Assembly (NCBI GenBank): GCA_049288075.1
Contig: JBAQHA010000523.1
Coordinates: 1-45,635, forward strand
Source: Oricola sp.
GTDB taxonomy: Bacteria > Pseudomonadota > Alphaproteobacteria > Rhizobiales > Rhizobiaceae
Direction: 5' to 3'
Length of the DNA: 45,635 nucleotides
In this document: piece after piece, positions 26,972 through 37,552 of the stretch
Numbering within the stretch: position 1 is the first letter of the stretch
Layout: the number at the start of each line of letters is the position of its first letter
The notes under the pieces: model-generated
Seen by the model: only the letters and a program-made list of their open reading frames with translations
Told to the model about the DNA's origin: nothing
Databases searched by the model: none
Program-made: the position numbers and the translations under genes

Positions 26972-29900
26972 CTGGCACGCCTGTTTGTCATAGTCGGCGG
27001 TCTCGTCGTGCTGGTGCTGATCGCAGCGCTGGTCGCGCCGTATTTCATCAACTGGACCGAGTACCGCAGCGATTTCGAGCGCGAGGCGTCGCGCATTCTC
27101 GGCCAGCCGGTGACGGTCGCCGGCGACGCCAAGGCGCGGCTGCTGCCTTTTCCGTCGGTAACCTTCGAGGACGTGCGCGTCGGCCCGGCCGACAAGCCGC
27201 TGGTTGTCGCCGAACGCTTTTCCATGGATGCCGAACTGGCGCCGTTTCTCTCCGGCGAGGTGCTGATCTTCGACATGCGGCTGGTGAAGCCAACGATCAC
27301 GCTCGAATTGAACGAGCGCGGTCTGCCGGACTGGCCGTTGCCGGATGACAGCCCTGTGAGCCCGGCGCAGGTGACGCTGGAAAACGCCCGCATCATCGAC
27401 GCGACGATGGTGCTGGACGACCGGGTCGCCGGCCGCACCTGGATGGTGGACGGGCTGAATGCCTCGGTCTCGGCCGAGAATCTCTACGGCCCGTACCGCA
27501 TCGACGGCGAGGGAACGCTGGACCGCACGCCGGTCAGCTTCCGGATCAACACCGGCGCGCTGTCGAAGGAGGGCTTCTCGCTGCGCACCAATCTGGAGCT
27601 GCCGCTCGCGGGCATCGAGATCGCCGTCGAAGGCCGCGTCGCGGAGCCGGAGCCGACGGATACCGGGCCGTATAACGGCAGTTTCACAATCCGGCCGCTG
27701 GCCGCCATGGCGATGGACCGCTACGTCGTGCAAGGCAGGTTCTCGGCCTCGCCGCGCGCGGTCAGCGTCGCCGAGTATCGCGGCGAGTTCGGCGATCCGA
27801 AAGATCCCTACGTGGTCACCGGTTCGGCCGGGATCACCGGCGGCGCCGAGCCTCGCTACCATGTCGAGGTCAAGGGGACGCAGGTGACGCTCGCGGAGAC
27901 GGGAGCGGAGCAGCCGCAGGCCGATCAGAAGCCGGCGGTCTCATTCTCCGACCGGCTGGCGCGGGTGCAGGCGATGCTGGCGGCGCTGCCGTTTCCGCCG
28001 ATCCCCGGTTCGATCGACGTCGACCTGCCGGCGATCGTCGCCGGCGACACGACGATCCGCGACATCAGGCTGGCGGCGGCGCCCGACGACAGCGGCGGGG
28101 CCGACGCACGGCGGCGCTGGAAGGTCTCCAGGTTCACCGCCGAGCTGCCGGGGCGCACGGCGATCGAGGCCGATGGCACTCTGCAGATGCCGCTCGGCGA
28201 CGCCGGCAAGGAGAACCAGGCAAGTTTCGCAGGCAATCTGCTGGTCGCCTCGCGCCAGCCTTCGGGGCTGGCGACATGGCTGACCGGCGCTGCGGACGAA
28301 CCGATCCGCCGGCTCGACAATGCGGGCTTCGCGGCGAAGGTCGACATCACGCCGGTACGCCAGGACGTGCAGGACCTGGAAGTGATCCTCGGGCCGGCGC
28401 GGATGCGCGGATCGCTGACGCGCGTTTCCGAGCCTGACCGGCGTTCGACGCTGGACGTCGAGCTTTCGGGCGAGGCGATCGACTTCGACACGCTGCAGGC
28501 ACTCGCCACCGTGTTCGTCGGACAGGACGGCGCGGCGCGTTACGCCGACCACGATCTCGACGTGGCGCTCGACCTGAAACAGCCCGACATCCTCGGCGTG
28601 AAGCTGGAGACGCTGCAGGCCGCGATCCGCTCGCGCGACACCAGGACGGAGATCGACCGGCTGTCGCTTTCCGGGCTCTACGGCGCATCCGTATCGGCGA
28701 CGGCGAGCCTCGACCGCCGGGCGGACGGGATGCATGCGGGCATCGACGCCACGGTGCTGACCGATAACGGCGCGCAGCTGGTCGCCGGGCTGTCGCGGCA
28801 GTTTCCCGACGCCCGGCCGCTTTCCGCGCTGGCGGAGATCGCGGCGCGCAATGGACGGGTATTCGACGGCACGCGGCTCGACGTCGTGGGCGCGTTGGCA
28901 TTCAAGCAGAAGCTTGCCGGCGAGGCGAGCCTGTCGGTCTCCGGCGAAGCAGGCGGAACGAAATTGTCGCTGACCAGCACGGCCAAGGGCAGCCTCGACG
29001 ATGCGGAAGCGGCGGCGGTCTCCCTCAACGCGTCGTTCGACAACCCGATCGCCGAGCGGCTGTTCAACCAGCTCGGGCTTTCCACCTTTCCGGTCGAGAG
29101 CGCCGGACCGGTGCGGATGCAGGCGGAGATGAACGGCAGCCTGTCGGACGGCATGAAGACGGTCGTTACGCTCATCGGCGAGGACATGCTCGCCGATTTC
29201 GAGGGCGTGACGACGTCGGACATCCTGTCGACAGGGTTCACCGGCAACGCGCTGGTCGAGAGCGCCGACATCGAGCCGTGGATGATGGCGCTCGGCTACG
29301 GCCTGCCGGGAATGGGGCTCGGCACGACCGCCGACATCCAGACGGCGCTGTCGTGGCGCAAGGGCAAGGCGGTGCTGCGCGACATCAATGCGACGCTGAA
29401 CGGCGCCAAGACGACCGGCGAACTGACGGTCGACACGACCGGGGCGGTTCCGACGGTGCGCGGCGACATGGCGTTCGAGACGCTCGACGCCGGCCAGATC
29501 TTCGCGATCATCAGCGGCGATGCCGCGGCATCGATCCTCGGCGCGACCGCCGAGGACGCGCTGGCGATGGAGTTCGGCCCGCCGATCCTGCCCGATCATG
29601 ACGTGGAAATCGGGCTGAAGGCGATGGACGTGACGCTGCCGGTGGGCAACGAGAACATGTCCGACCTCTCGGCAACCCTCGTCTATCGCGGCGGTGAAAT
29701 GGCGCTGCGCGACATCGCGGGCGGCTTTGGCGGCGGCAAGGTCGCCGGCCTGATCGACCTGCAGAACACCGACGGAACGCTGGTTCTCAACGCGCAGCTA
29801 TCGGGCGACGACGTGGCGACCGCCTCGCTGCTGCCGCCGACAAGGGACACGATCGCCGGCAAGACCGATTTCGCGCTGCAGCTGACCGGCAATGGCGGCT

Positions 29901-30730
29901 CCAACGAGGCGCTGCTGACATCGCTGACCGGCTCCGGCGTGCTGTCGACCGGGCCGCTGACGGTGAACGGGCTCAACGCGGGCGGCTTTGCGCCGATGAT
30001 CGCGAAGGCGGACGCGATCGGCCACGAGATCACGCCGGACCAGATCCGGGAGATCGCCACGCAGGCGTTCCTGACCGGGACGGCGGACCTGCCGGCGGCG
30101 GACTACCCGGTGACGGTGACGAACGGCGAGATGCGGATCGCAAACGCGACGGCGAAGGCCGGCGCGCTGTCGATCGACGCCGACGCGGGCGCCACTCTGG
30201 TGAGCGGCGTCATCTCGGGCCGGGCACGGCTCGGTTTCGATCCGGGCGAGGAAGCCGCGGCCGGCCCGCAACCGGAAATCACGCTTGCCTTCCGGTCGGC
30301 GGAAGAGGACGGGTTCACGGTGGAACGCGACTTCGGGCCAGTGACGGGGTTCCTGACGCAGCGGGCGCTGGAGCGCGAACAGGCGCGTGTCGAGGCGCTG
30401 CAGGCGCGGCTTCTGGAGAAGCAGCGTTTGCGGCGCGAGGTGCAACTGTTCACCTATCGCAAGCGCATGAGGCTGCAGAGTTTCGAGGAAACGCGCCTCA
30501 GGGCGTTGGAGGACGAACGCACGGCGCGGGCGCAGGAAGCGGAGGCGGCGGCGGCGGCGGAAGTGGCGCGACGGCTTGATGCCGGCGAGCCGAACCGGGG
30601 AGGCGGCGCGGAGACGGGGGACACGGCCGAGCCCTCCGGCACGAGCATTCCGCAGATCATCGATATGGAGCGCCTGAACGAGTTCCTGCCGGGACAGGTG
30701 ATCCGGCGCGATTTGCCGCCGGTTCAGTGA
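26972..30730 (+). CDS. AsmA-family protein
   Basis: N-terminal membrane anchor followed by APYFINW...G(Q)PVTVAG...RLLPFPSV and a long beta-rich body. Start uncertain (CTG at 26972 or TTG at 26927). Confidence 0.85.
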   Translation: MARLFVIVGGLVVLVLIAALVAPYFINWTEYRSDFEREASRILGQPVTVAGDAKARLLPFPSVTFEDVRVGPADKPLVVAERFSMDAELAPFLSGEVLIFDMRLVKPTITLELNERGLPDWPLPDDSPVSPAQVTLENARIIDATMVLDDRVAGRTWMVDGLNASVSAENLYGPYRIDGEGTLDRTPVSFRINTGALSKEGFSLRTNLELPLAGIEIAVEGRVAEPEPTDTGPYNGSFTIRPLAAMAMDRYVVQGRFSASPRAVSVAEYRGEFGDPKDPYVVTGSAGITGGAEPRYHVEVKGTQVTLAETGAEQPQADQKPAVSFSDRLARVQAMLAALPFPPIPGSIDVDLPAIVAGDTTIRDIRLAAAPDDSGGADARRRWKVSRFTAELPGRTAIEADGTLQMPLGDAGKENQASFAGNLLVASRQPSGLATWLTGAADEPIRRLDNAGFAAKVDITPVRQDVQDLEVILGPARMRGSLTRVSEPDRRSTLDVELSGEAIDFDTLQALATVFVGQDGAARYADHDLDVALDLKQPDILGVKLETLQAAIRSRDTRTEIDRLSLSGLYGASVSATASLDRRADGMHAGIDATVLTDNGAQLVAGLSRQFPDARPLSALAEIAARNGRVFDGTRLDVVGALAFKQKLAGEASLSVSGEAGGTKLSLTSTAKGSLDDAEAAAVSLNASFDNPIAERLFNQLGLSTFPVESAGPVRMQAEMNGSLSDGMKTVVTLIGEDMLADFEGVTTSDILSTGFTGNALVESADIEPWMMALGYGLPGMGLGTTADIQTALSWRKGKAVLRDINATLNGAKTTGELTVDTTGAVPTVRGDMAFETLDAGQIFAIISGDAAASILGATAEDALAMEFGPPILPDHDVEIGLKAMDVTLPVGNENMSDLSATLVYRGGEMALRDIAGGFGGGKVAGLIDLQNTDGTLVLNAQLSGDDVATASLLPPTRDTIAGKTDFALQLTGNGGSNEALLTSLTGSGVLSTGPLTVNGLNAGGFAPMIAKADAIGHEITPDQIREIATQAFLTGTADLPAADYPVTVTNGEMRIANATAKAGALSIDADAGATLVSGVISGRARLGFDPGEEAAAGPQPEITLAFRSAEEDGFTVERDFGPVTGFLTQRALEREQARVEALQARLLEKQRLRREVQLFTYRKRMRLQSFEETRLRALEDERTARAQEAEAAAAAEVARRLDAGEPNRGGGAETGDTAEPSGTSIPQIIDMERLNEFLPGQVIRRDLPPVQ

Positions 30731-30945
30731 GCGCGGCCGGCAAGAGCCTGTTTCAGCACATAAACGCGGAGCGCCGACGAAAGGTTCGAATCGCGGGGCT
30801 TGGCCTCGTCGATCTCGGCTATCAACCCGGCAAGCGAACGGCCGGACAGGTCGGCCGCCTGCCTGAGCAGCGCCATGAACTCGTCCTCGAGCGAAAACGA
30901 GGTGCGGTGACCGGAGATGGTGACGGAGTGCTTGCGGACGGCCAT
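30724..30945 (-). CDS. Ribbon-helix-helix domain protein
   Basis: KHSVTISGHRTSFSLE...NLSSALRVYVL, typical of alphaproteobacterial RHH_4 proteins. Confidence 0.88.
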   Translation of the reverse strand: MAVRKHSVTISGHRTSFSLEDEFMALLRQAADLSGRSLAGLIAEIDEAKPRDSNLSSALRVYVLKQALAGRAH

Positions 30946-30957
30946 TGGCCGGACCGG

Positions 30958-31503
30958 CTACTTGTTCTTCCTGAAGGAATCGAGCGAGACGACATCGGCG
31001 CCGCCGTTCGGCGCGGGATCGTCGCCGTCACCCTTGTCGGCCTTCTTCTTGCGCGGCGCGGCCCGCAATTTCGCGGTTTCGGCCGCCGGGGCGTCCTTGG
31101 CTTCGGCTTCGTCCTCGGCCTCCGGCACGACTGCCAGTGTATCGGCGTTCTCGACGTCGAATTCGAGCTCGAAATTCACCGAAGGATCGTAGAAGCCGCG
31201 AATCGCCGAATAGGGGACATGCAGTTTTTCCGGCACGTCGGCGAAAGACAGGCCGACATCGAACGCGTTTTCCGAGACATCGAGGTCCCAGAACTGGTGC
31301 TGCAACACGATCGTCATCTGCTCGGGATACTGCTCGCGCATGCGATTCGAGACCTTCACGCCCGGCGCGTTGGTGACGAAGGTGATGAAGAAATGATGAT
31401 TTCCCGGAAGTCCGGTCCGGGCCACCTCCGTCAATACCTTGCGGATCACGCCGCGTAGAGCATTCTGCACCAGAATGTCATAGCGGATCATGTCTTCGGT
31501 CAT
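30958..31503 (-). CDS. sspB: Alphaproteobacterial SspB, ClpXP adaptor
   Basis: IRYDILVQ...GLPGNHHFFITF...YPEQMTIVLQHQFW...FYDPSVNF; C-terminal VVSLDSFRK tail; located directly downstream of ssrA. Confidence 0.9.
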   Translation of the reverse strand: MTEDMIRYDILVQNALRGVIRKVLTEVARTGLPGNHHFFITFVTNAPGVKVSNRMREQYPEQMTIVLQHQFWDLDVSENAFDVGLSFADVPEKLHVPYSAIRGFYDPSVNFELEFDVENADTLAVVPEAEDEAEAKDAPAAETAKLRAAPRKKKADKGDGDDPAPNGGADVVSLDSFRKNK

Positions 31504-31627
31504 CGCACACGCAGCCCTTCGGATCGTCTCACGGCGCTTCATGATGTGCTTTTTTCGCGCCCGCAGGTCAAGTGGCTTGGCGTGCTCACCGTTCCGCAGC
31601 GTAAAGATAAAGTGGCAGGAGGAGGGA

Positions 31628-31945
31628 AAGTGGAGGCTTCTGTTGCCAGGTGCCTCCGGACCCCGCCCAGGAGTGCAACCCCCTGGGACTTAATTTGAAG
31701 CTATCGCACCGCCATTAGGCAGCGAGACGTGCCTCTGCATAGTTGTCGTTTGCAACTACTAGATTGACCCGATAACGGCGGTATCATGCCGAACAAAAGA
31801 ACGCTCTTTACACCCTCGTCGATCCTATTTCGCCCCCATCACAAGCGGTCCGCGCGGGCCGTTTGTGGTGGAGGCGCCGGGTACCGCCCCCGGGTCCGAA
31901 TGGCTTATTGCAACGCCAGTTTATTGTCATAGCCGGTTGCCCGGC
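31628..31945 (-). ncRNA. ssrA: tmRNA, circularly permuted two-piece form
   Basis: Acceptor piece ends ...GGCGCCTCCACCA (CCA end at 31866). A 28-nt intervening hairpin spans 31838-31865. The coding piece starts GGGGGCGAAA at 31837 and pairs with CGCCUCC including the G3-U pair. Tag ANDNYAEARLAA* at 31753-31715. Outer ends approximate. Confidence 0.96.
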
Positions 31946-31951
31946 ACCCGA

Positions 31952-31980
31952 CATATAGGCGCTTTCGGCGGAGATTACAA
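31952..31980 (-). promoter_or_regulatory. Sigma70-type promoter of ssrA
   Basis: TTGTAA (31980-31975)-N17-TATATG (31957-31952), just upstream of the acceptor piece. Confidence 0.7.
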
Positions 31981-32099
31981 AGGGTCGGCTTGACTTTGCG
32001 GAAGCCCTCCCGGACAGTTTTTTGCGGAGCGCCGGCATTCGTGACCGGCTCTTGCGGCTTCGGTTTCGGCACACCAGATTGCGAAGAGAGGGACAGGCC

Positions 32100-32411
32100 A
32101 TGAGCGAATATCTCGAAGACGTGAAGCGCTATGACGCGGGCGCCGATGCGGGCGTGGTCGACAAGATCGCCAAGCATCTCGGCATTGCGCTGCGCAGCCG
32201 CGATTCCTCGCTGGTCTCGTGTTCCGACCCGAGCGAACTGGCGCGGGTGCGCGAGAAATGGTGCGAGAGGAAGCTCGGCTCGACCAACCAGGCGGCGTCC
32301 GACGAGGTGATCGCCAAGGTGTGCGAGCAGATGGCCGGCGACCGCAACAAGCACCGTGTCACCTTCTACTATCTCGTCGCCAAGCACCTGGGCAAACTCG
32401 GCGATCTCTGA
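32100..32411 (+). CDS. DUF2853-like small conserved protein
   Basis: YLEDVKRY...LGIALRSRDSSLVSCSD...K(H)RVTFYYL pattern; GAGGGA RBS. Confidence 0.8.
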   Translation: MSEYLEDVKRYDAGADAGVVDKIAKHLGIALRSRDSSLVSCSDPSELARVREKWCERKLGSTNQAASDEVIAKVCEQMAGDRNKHRVTFYYLVAKHLGKLGDL

Positions 32412-32434
32412 TCGCCACCCGCGAGACCGAACGC

Positions 32435-32460
32435 AAGCCTCCGTCCGCGGAGGTTTTTTC
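32435..32460 (+). terminator. Intrinsic terminator
   Basis: Hairpin aagcctccg-tccg-cggaggttt running into a T tract, just after the stop at 32411. Confidence 0.75.
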
Positions 32461-32537
32461 GGTTCGGGAGCCTGTTCTCTTGTGAGCATGCAAACATCCG
32501 GCGTGACGAAGGCGCCGGAATCATGCCAATTGATGCC

Positions 32538-33332
32538 ATGCGGCAATATCTCGACCTGATGTCCCACGTGATGGAAAACGGCACCGACCGGGGCGACCGG
32601 ACGGGCACCGGCACGCGCTCGATATTCGGCTACCAGATGCGGTTCGATCTTTCGGAAGGCTTTCCGCTGTTGACGACCAAGAAGCTGCATATCCGCTCGA
32701 TCGTCTACGAATTGCTGTGGTTTCTGAAGGGCGACACAAACATCGCGTGGCTGAAGGAGAACGGCGTCTCCATCTGGGACGAATGGGCCGACGAGAACGG
32801 CGATCTCGGCCCGATCTACGGATACCAGTGGCGCTCGTGGCCGGCGCCGAATGGCGGGACGGTCGACCAGATCGCAAAACTGGTCGACGGCATCCGCAAC
32901 AACCCGTTCTCGCGCCGGCACATCGTCACGGCGTGGAACCCGGCGCAGGTCGACCAGATGGCGCTGCCGCCGTGCCATTGCCTGTTCCAGTTCTATGTCG
33001 CGGACGGAAAGCTGTCGTGCCAGCTCTACCAGCGCTCGGCGGACATCTTCCTCGGCGTGCCGTTCAACATCGCTTCCTACGCCCTGCTGGCGCACATGGT
33101 GGCGCAGGTGACGGGATACGAGCCGGGCGATTTCGTGCACACGCTCGGCGACGCGCATCTCTATTCGAACCATTTCGAGCAGGTGAAGACCCAGCTCGCC
33201 CGCGAACCGCGCCCGCTGCCGAAACTGGACATCAAGCGGAAGGCGGACGACCTGCTGGATTTCGTCTTCGAGGATTTCGAGATTACCGGCTACGACCCGC
33301 TCCCGCATATCAAGGCCCCGGTGGCGGTATGA
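32538..33332 (+). CDS. thyA: Thymidylate synthase
   Basis: [44 protein letters not shown]. Confidence 0.98.
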   Translation: MRQYLDLMSHVMENGTDRGDRTGTGTRSIFGYQMRFDLSEGFPLLTTKKLHIRSIVYELLWFLKGDTNIAWLKENGVSIWDEWADENGDLGPIYGYQWRSWPAPNGGTVDQIAKLVDGIRNNPFSRRHIVTAWNPAQVDQMALPPCHCLFQFYVADGKLSCQLYQRSADIFLGVPFNIASYALLAHMVAQVTGYEPGDFVHTLGDAHLYSNHFEQVKTQLAREPRPLPKLDIKRKADDLLDFVFEDFEITGYDPLPHIKAPVAV

Positions 33333-34336
33333 GCGGGCAATCGCTTGCCGCGGCTGGCGCCGCGCTTCTGCTTGCACTGACCGCGCCCGCGGTCGCCAAC
33401 GACACGACGGCGGAAATCGGCGCGGGCGGGCTCGTCTACGGACGCAATGACGTCGTCGCAATCGCGGACGAGACGCTCTATCTCTCCATCGAGAAAGTGC
33501 GGGTGGACTACGTGTTCCGCAACAATGCCGACTACGACGTCGAGACGGTGGTCGCCTTTCCGATGCCTGACATCGTGATGGACCCGTTCAGCGACATCTC
33601 CATCCCGCGCCTCGACGACAATTTCATGGGCTTCACTGTCGAGGTCGACGGGCAGCCGATCCAGCCGGAACTGCAGCAGCGCGCCTGGGCCTACGGCATC
33701 GACGTGACCGACGTCCTCACCGCCGCCGGCCTTCCGGTCACGCCGCTCGACGAATATGGCGACGGACTCGACTCATCCCATCTCACCCAGGAGCAGATCG
33801 CCGATCTCGTCGCGCGAGGGATGGTGCTTGCGACCCATGATCCGGAGACCGGGCAATACGAACAGGGCCTGACGCCGGTGTGGACGCTGAAATCGGCCTA
33901 CTGGTGGCGGATGAAATTTCCCGCAAAGGCCGAGATCAAGGTGCATCACGAATACACGCCGGCCGTCGGCGGCACGGTGGACGTCTATTTCGCCGAGGAT
34001 GAGGGTAAGGACCAGCTGAAGCAATACGAGGACAGGTATTGCATCGACGACAGCTTCCTGTCGGCGCTGCGCAAGCGGCAGGAGGAGGAGAAGGCGAAGA
34101 GCGGCTACGGCTTCACCCAGCGCTGGCTGTCCTACGTGCTGTCGACGGGCGGCAACTGGGGCGAGCCGATCGGGCACCTGCGGATCATCGTCGACAAGGG
34201 CTCGGCCGAGAACCTGGTTTCGTTCTGCGGCGAGGGCGTGAAGAAGACCGGGCCGACGACCTTCGAGATGGAGAAGGAAAACTTCTGGCCCGAGAAGGAT
34301 TTCGACGTGCTGCTGGCGATGCCGGTCCGTCCGTGA
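33329..34336 (+). CDS. Secreted DUF4424-like protein
   Basis: Signal peptide then [28 protein letters not shown]; NLVSFCG. ATGA overlap with the thyA stop. Confidence 0.8.
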   Translation: MSGQSLAAAGAALLLALTAPAVANDTTAEIGAGGLVYGRNDVVAIADETLYLSIEKVRVDYVFRNNADYDVETVVAFPMPDIVMDPFSDISIPRLDDNFMGFTVEVDGQPIQPELQQRAWAYGIDVTDVLTAAGLPVTPLDEYGDGLDSSHLTQEQIADLVARGMVLATHDPETGQYEQGLTPVWTLKSAYWWRMKFPAKAEIKVHHEYTPAVGGTVDVYFAEDEGKDQLKQYEDRYCIDDSFLSALRKRQEEEKAKSGYGFTQRWLSYVLSTGGNWGEPIGHLRIIVDKGSAENLVSFCGEGVKKTGPTTFEMEKENFWPEKDFDVLLAMPVRP

Positions 34337-34887
34337 GCGCACTCCGTCCGATCGTCTCCGTCATCGTCGCCGTTTCGCGGAACGGCGTGATCGGGCGCGA
34401 CGGCGACATGCCGTGGCGGCTGTCCTCGGACCTGAAGCGCTTCAAGGCGCTGACGATGGGAAAGCCGGTCATCATGGGGCGCAAGACCTTCGAGAGCATC
34501 GGCAAGCCGCTGCCGGGCCGGCTGAACATCGTCGTGACGCGCAATTACGACTGGGACACCGACGGCGCAATGCGGGTCGGCTCGCTCGACGCGGCGATCG
34601 AACTGGCGACGGCCTGGCTCGAAAGCGCGGAGCCCGATCCCGACAATCCCGACGAACCGCTCGCCGACGAGATCTTCATCATCGGCGGCGGCGAGATCTA
34701 CGCCCAGGCGGCGGCCTTCGCCGACATGCTCTACGTGACGCATGTCGAAGCCGAGGTCGAGGGCGACACCGGTTTTCCGCCGATCGACCCGGACATCTGG
34801 GACGTCGTCGAGGAGGAGGACGTTCCCGCCGGCGAGAAGGACAGCTTTCCGACGCGGTTCGTCACCTACGAGCGACGCGCGGGCTGA
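34333..34887 (+). CDS. folA: Dihydrofolate reductase
   Basis: NGVIG, MPW, DLKRFK, VIMGRKT, LPGR, IIGGGEIY, GDTGFP; GTGA overlap with the upstream stop. Confidence 0.96.
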   Translation: MSALRPIVSVIVAVSRNGVIGRDGDMPWRLSSDLKRFKALTMGKPVIMGRKTFESIGKPLPGRLNIVVTRNYDWDTDGAMRVGSLDAAIELATAWLESAEPDPDNPDEPLADEIFIIGGGEIYAQAAAFADMLYVTHVEAEVEGDTGFPPIDPDIWDVVEEEDVPAGEKDSFPTRFVTYERRAG

Positions 34888-34924
34888 CGGGGCAGAGACG
34901 AAATCCCGTATAAGTTTTATGTCG

Positions 34925-35021
34925 GAGTCTTTCATTTTGAGACTCGGGGCTTCTCATCGCAAATAAGTGCATTATTAAAGCGCCTTTAGAACGGGTAACC
35001 GGTAAAATACCGGATATCCGG
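34925..35021. promoter_or_regulatory. AT-rich regulatory region with several dyads upstream of ligAB
   Basis: gagtct-N9-agactc (34925-34945), AATAA-N5-TTATT (34962-34976), perfect palindrome CCGGATATCCGG (35010-35021). Confidence 0.45.
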
Positions 35022-35044
35022 AAACGAGGAGACATTCGTCAGCC

Positions 35045-36282
<1,238 letters not shown>

Positions 36283-36322
36283 CGCCTCAGCTCGCGGGTT
36301 TCACGAAAAAGGCAAGATGCGC

Positions 36323-36352
36323 GTTGAAAGCCTCTTCGCGCATTCCTATAAC
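36323..36352 (+). promoter_or_regulatory. RpoH/RpoD-like promoter of hflKC
   Basis: GTTGAA-N16-CCTATAA (also readable as TTGAAA-N17-TATAAC), 60 nt upstream of hflK. Confidence 0.55.
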
Positions 36353-36412
36353 AGGTTGAGAACGCCGCCGGATGCGTCATCCGGCGGTCTTTTACCATTT
36401 GAGAGGAAATGG

Positions 36413-37552
36413 ATGCCCTGGAGCAATCAGAACGGTGGCGGCGGCGGCCCTTGGGGCGGCGGCGGCAATAATGGCGGAGGAGGCCCGTGGGGCCAGGGAC
36501 CTTCGGGACCACGCGGACCGCAGCGCGGAGGCGGCGGACAACCGCCGGATCTCGAGGAAATCATTCGCAAGGGACAGGACCGTCTCAAACGCGCCATGCC
36601 CGGCGGCGGCGGCGCGAGCCCGGCACTGTTCGGCCTAATCGGAATCGGCCTGCTCGTGCTTTACGGGCTGCAGGCCTTCTACCAGGTCGACACTGACGAG
36701 CGCGCCGTGGAACTGGTGTTCGGCAAACCCAAGACGGAATTGTCCGGACCGGGACTGCATTTTCACTGGTGGCCTATCGAAACGGTCGAGAAGGTGCAGA
36801 TCGTCGAGAAGCAGATCGCCGTCGGCGGCAGCACTGTCGGCCAGGATTCGGGCCTGATGCTGTCGGGCGACCAGAACATCGTCGACGTGCGTTTCGCCGT
36901 GCTCTACTCGGTGATCGATCCGGCGTCCTACCTGTTCAACGTGGCGGCGCCGGATGAAATGGTGCGCCAGGTGGCCGAAAGCGCGATGCGCGAGATCGTC
37001 GGCCGCCGTCCGGTACAGGACGTGTTCCGCGACAACCGCGCGGCAATCGCCGACGAGGTGCGCACCTCGATGCAAACGACGCTCGATGAATACGGCGCCG
37101 GCATGCAGATCAACACCGTCTCCATCGAGGACGCGGCGCCGCCGCGCGAAGTGGCGGACGCGTTCGAGGAAGTGCAGCGCGCCGAGCAGAACGAGGACCA
37201 GTTCCGCGAGGAAGCCAACCAGTATTCGAACCAGAAGCTGGGCGCGGCGCGCGGCGATGCGGCGCAGGTCCGCGAAGACGCGGCCGCCTATGCGACCCGC
37301 GTCGTGCAGGAAGCAGAAGGCGAGGCGCAGCGCTTCACCTCCATCTACGAACAGTACAAGCTGGCGCCAGAGGTGACGCGCAAGCGCCTGTACCTGGAAA
37401 CGATGGAGCGCGTGCTGGGCGATTCCAGCAAGATCATCCTGGACGAAGACGGCAAGGGCCAGGGCGTCGTGCCCTACCTGCCACTGCCTGAAGTCCAGAA
37501 CCGCCGCACGACGACTACGACGACGAACGGCGACGGAGGCGTGCAGCAATGA
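36413..37552 (+). CDS. hflK: FtsH protease modulator HflK
   Basis: MPWSNQ Gly-rich N-terminus, PPDLEE, MLSGDQNIVDV, APEVTRKRLYLETME, VVPYLPL. Confidence 0.96.
   Translation: MPWSNQNGGGGGPWGGGGNNGGGGPWGQGPSGPRGPQRGGGGQPPDLEEIIRKGQDRLKRAMPGGGGASPALFGLIGIGLLVLYGLQAFYQVDTDERAVELVFGKPKTELSGPGLHFHWWPIETVEKVQIVEKQIAVGGSTVGQDSGLMLSGDQNIVDVRFAVLYSVIDPASYLFNVAAPDEMVRQVAESAMREIVGRRPVQDVFRDNRAAIADEVRTSMQTTLDEYGAGMQINTVSIEDAAPPREVADAFEEVQRAEQNEDQFREEANQYSNQKLGAARGDAAQVREDAAAYATRVVQEAEGEAQRFTSIYEQYKLAPEVTRKRLYLETMERVLGDSSKIILDEDGKGQGVVPYLPLPEVQNRRTTTTTTNGDGGVQQ

Noticed and set aside
31838..31900. tRNA-like T-arm and CCA end
   Set aside because: It is the acceptor piece of the permuted tmRNA, not a tRNA gene.
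31628..31945. ssrA as integration site for an island or prophage
   Set aside because: No integrase and no duplicated 3' end found in the window; the flanks are ordinary genes.
37508..37525. ACG trinucleotide run encoding six Thr at the HflK C-terminus
   Set aside because: Short, imperfect, in frame and in a disordered tail; no sign of phase variation.
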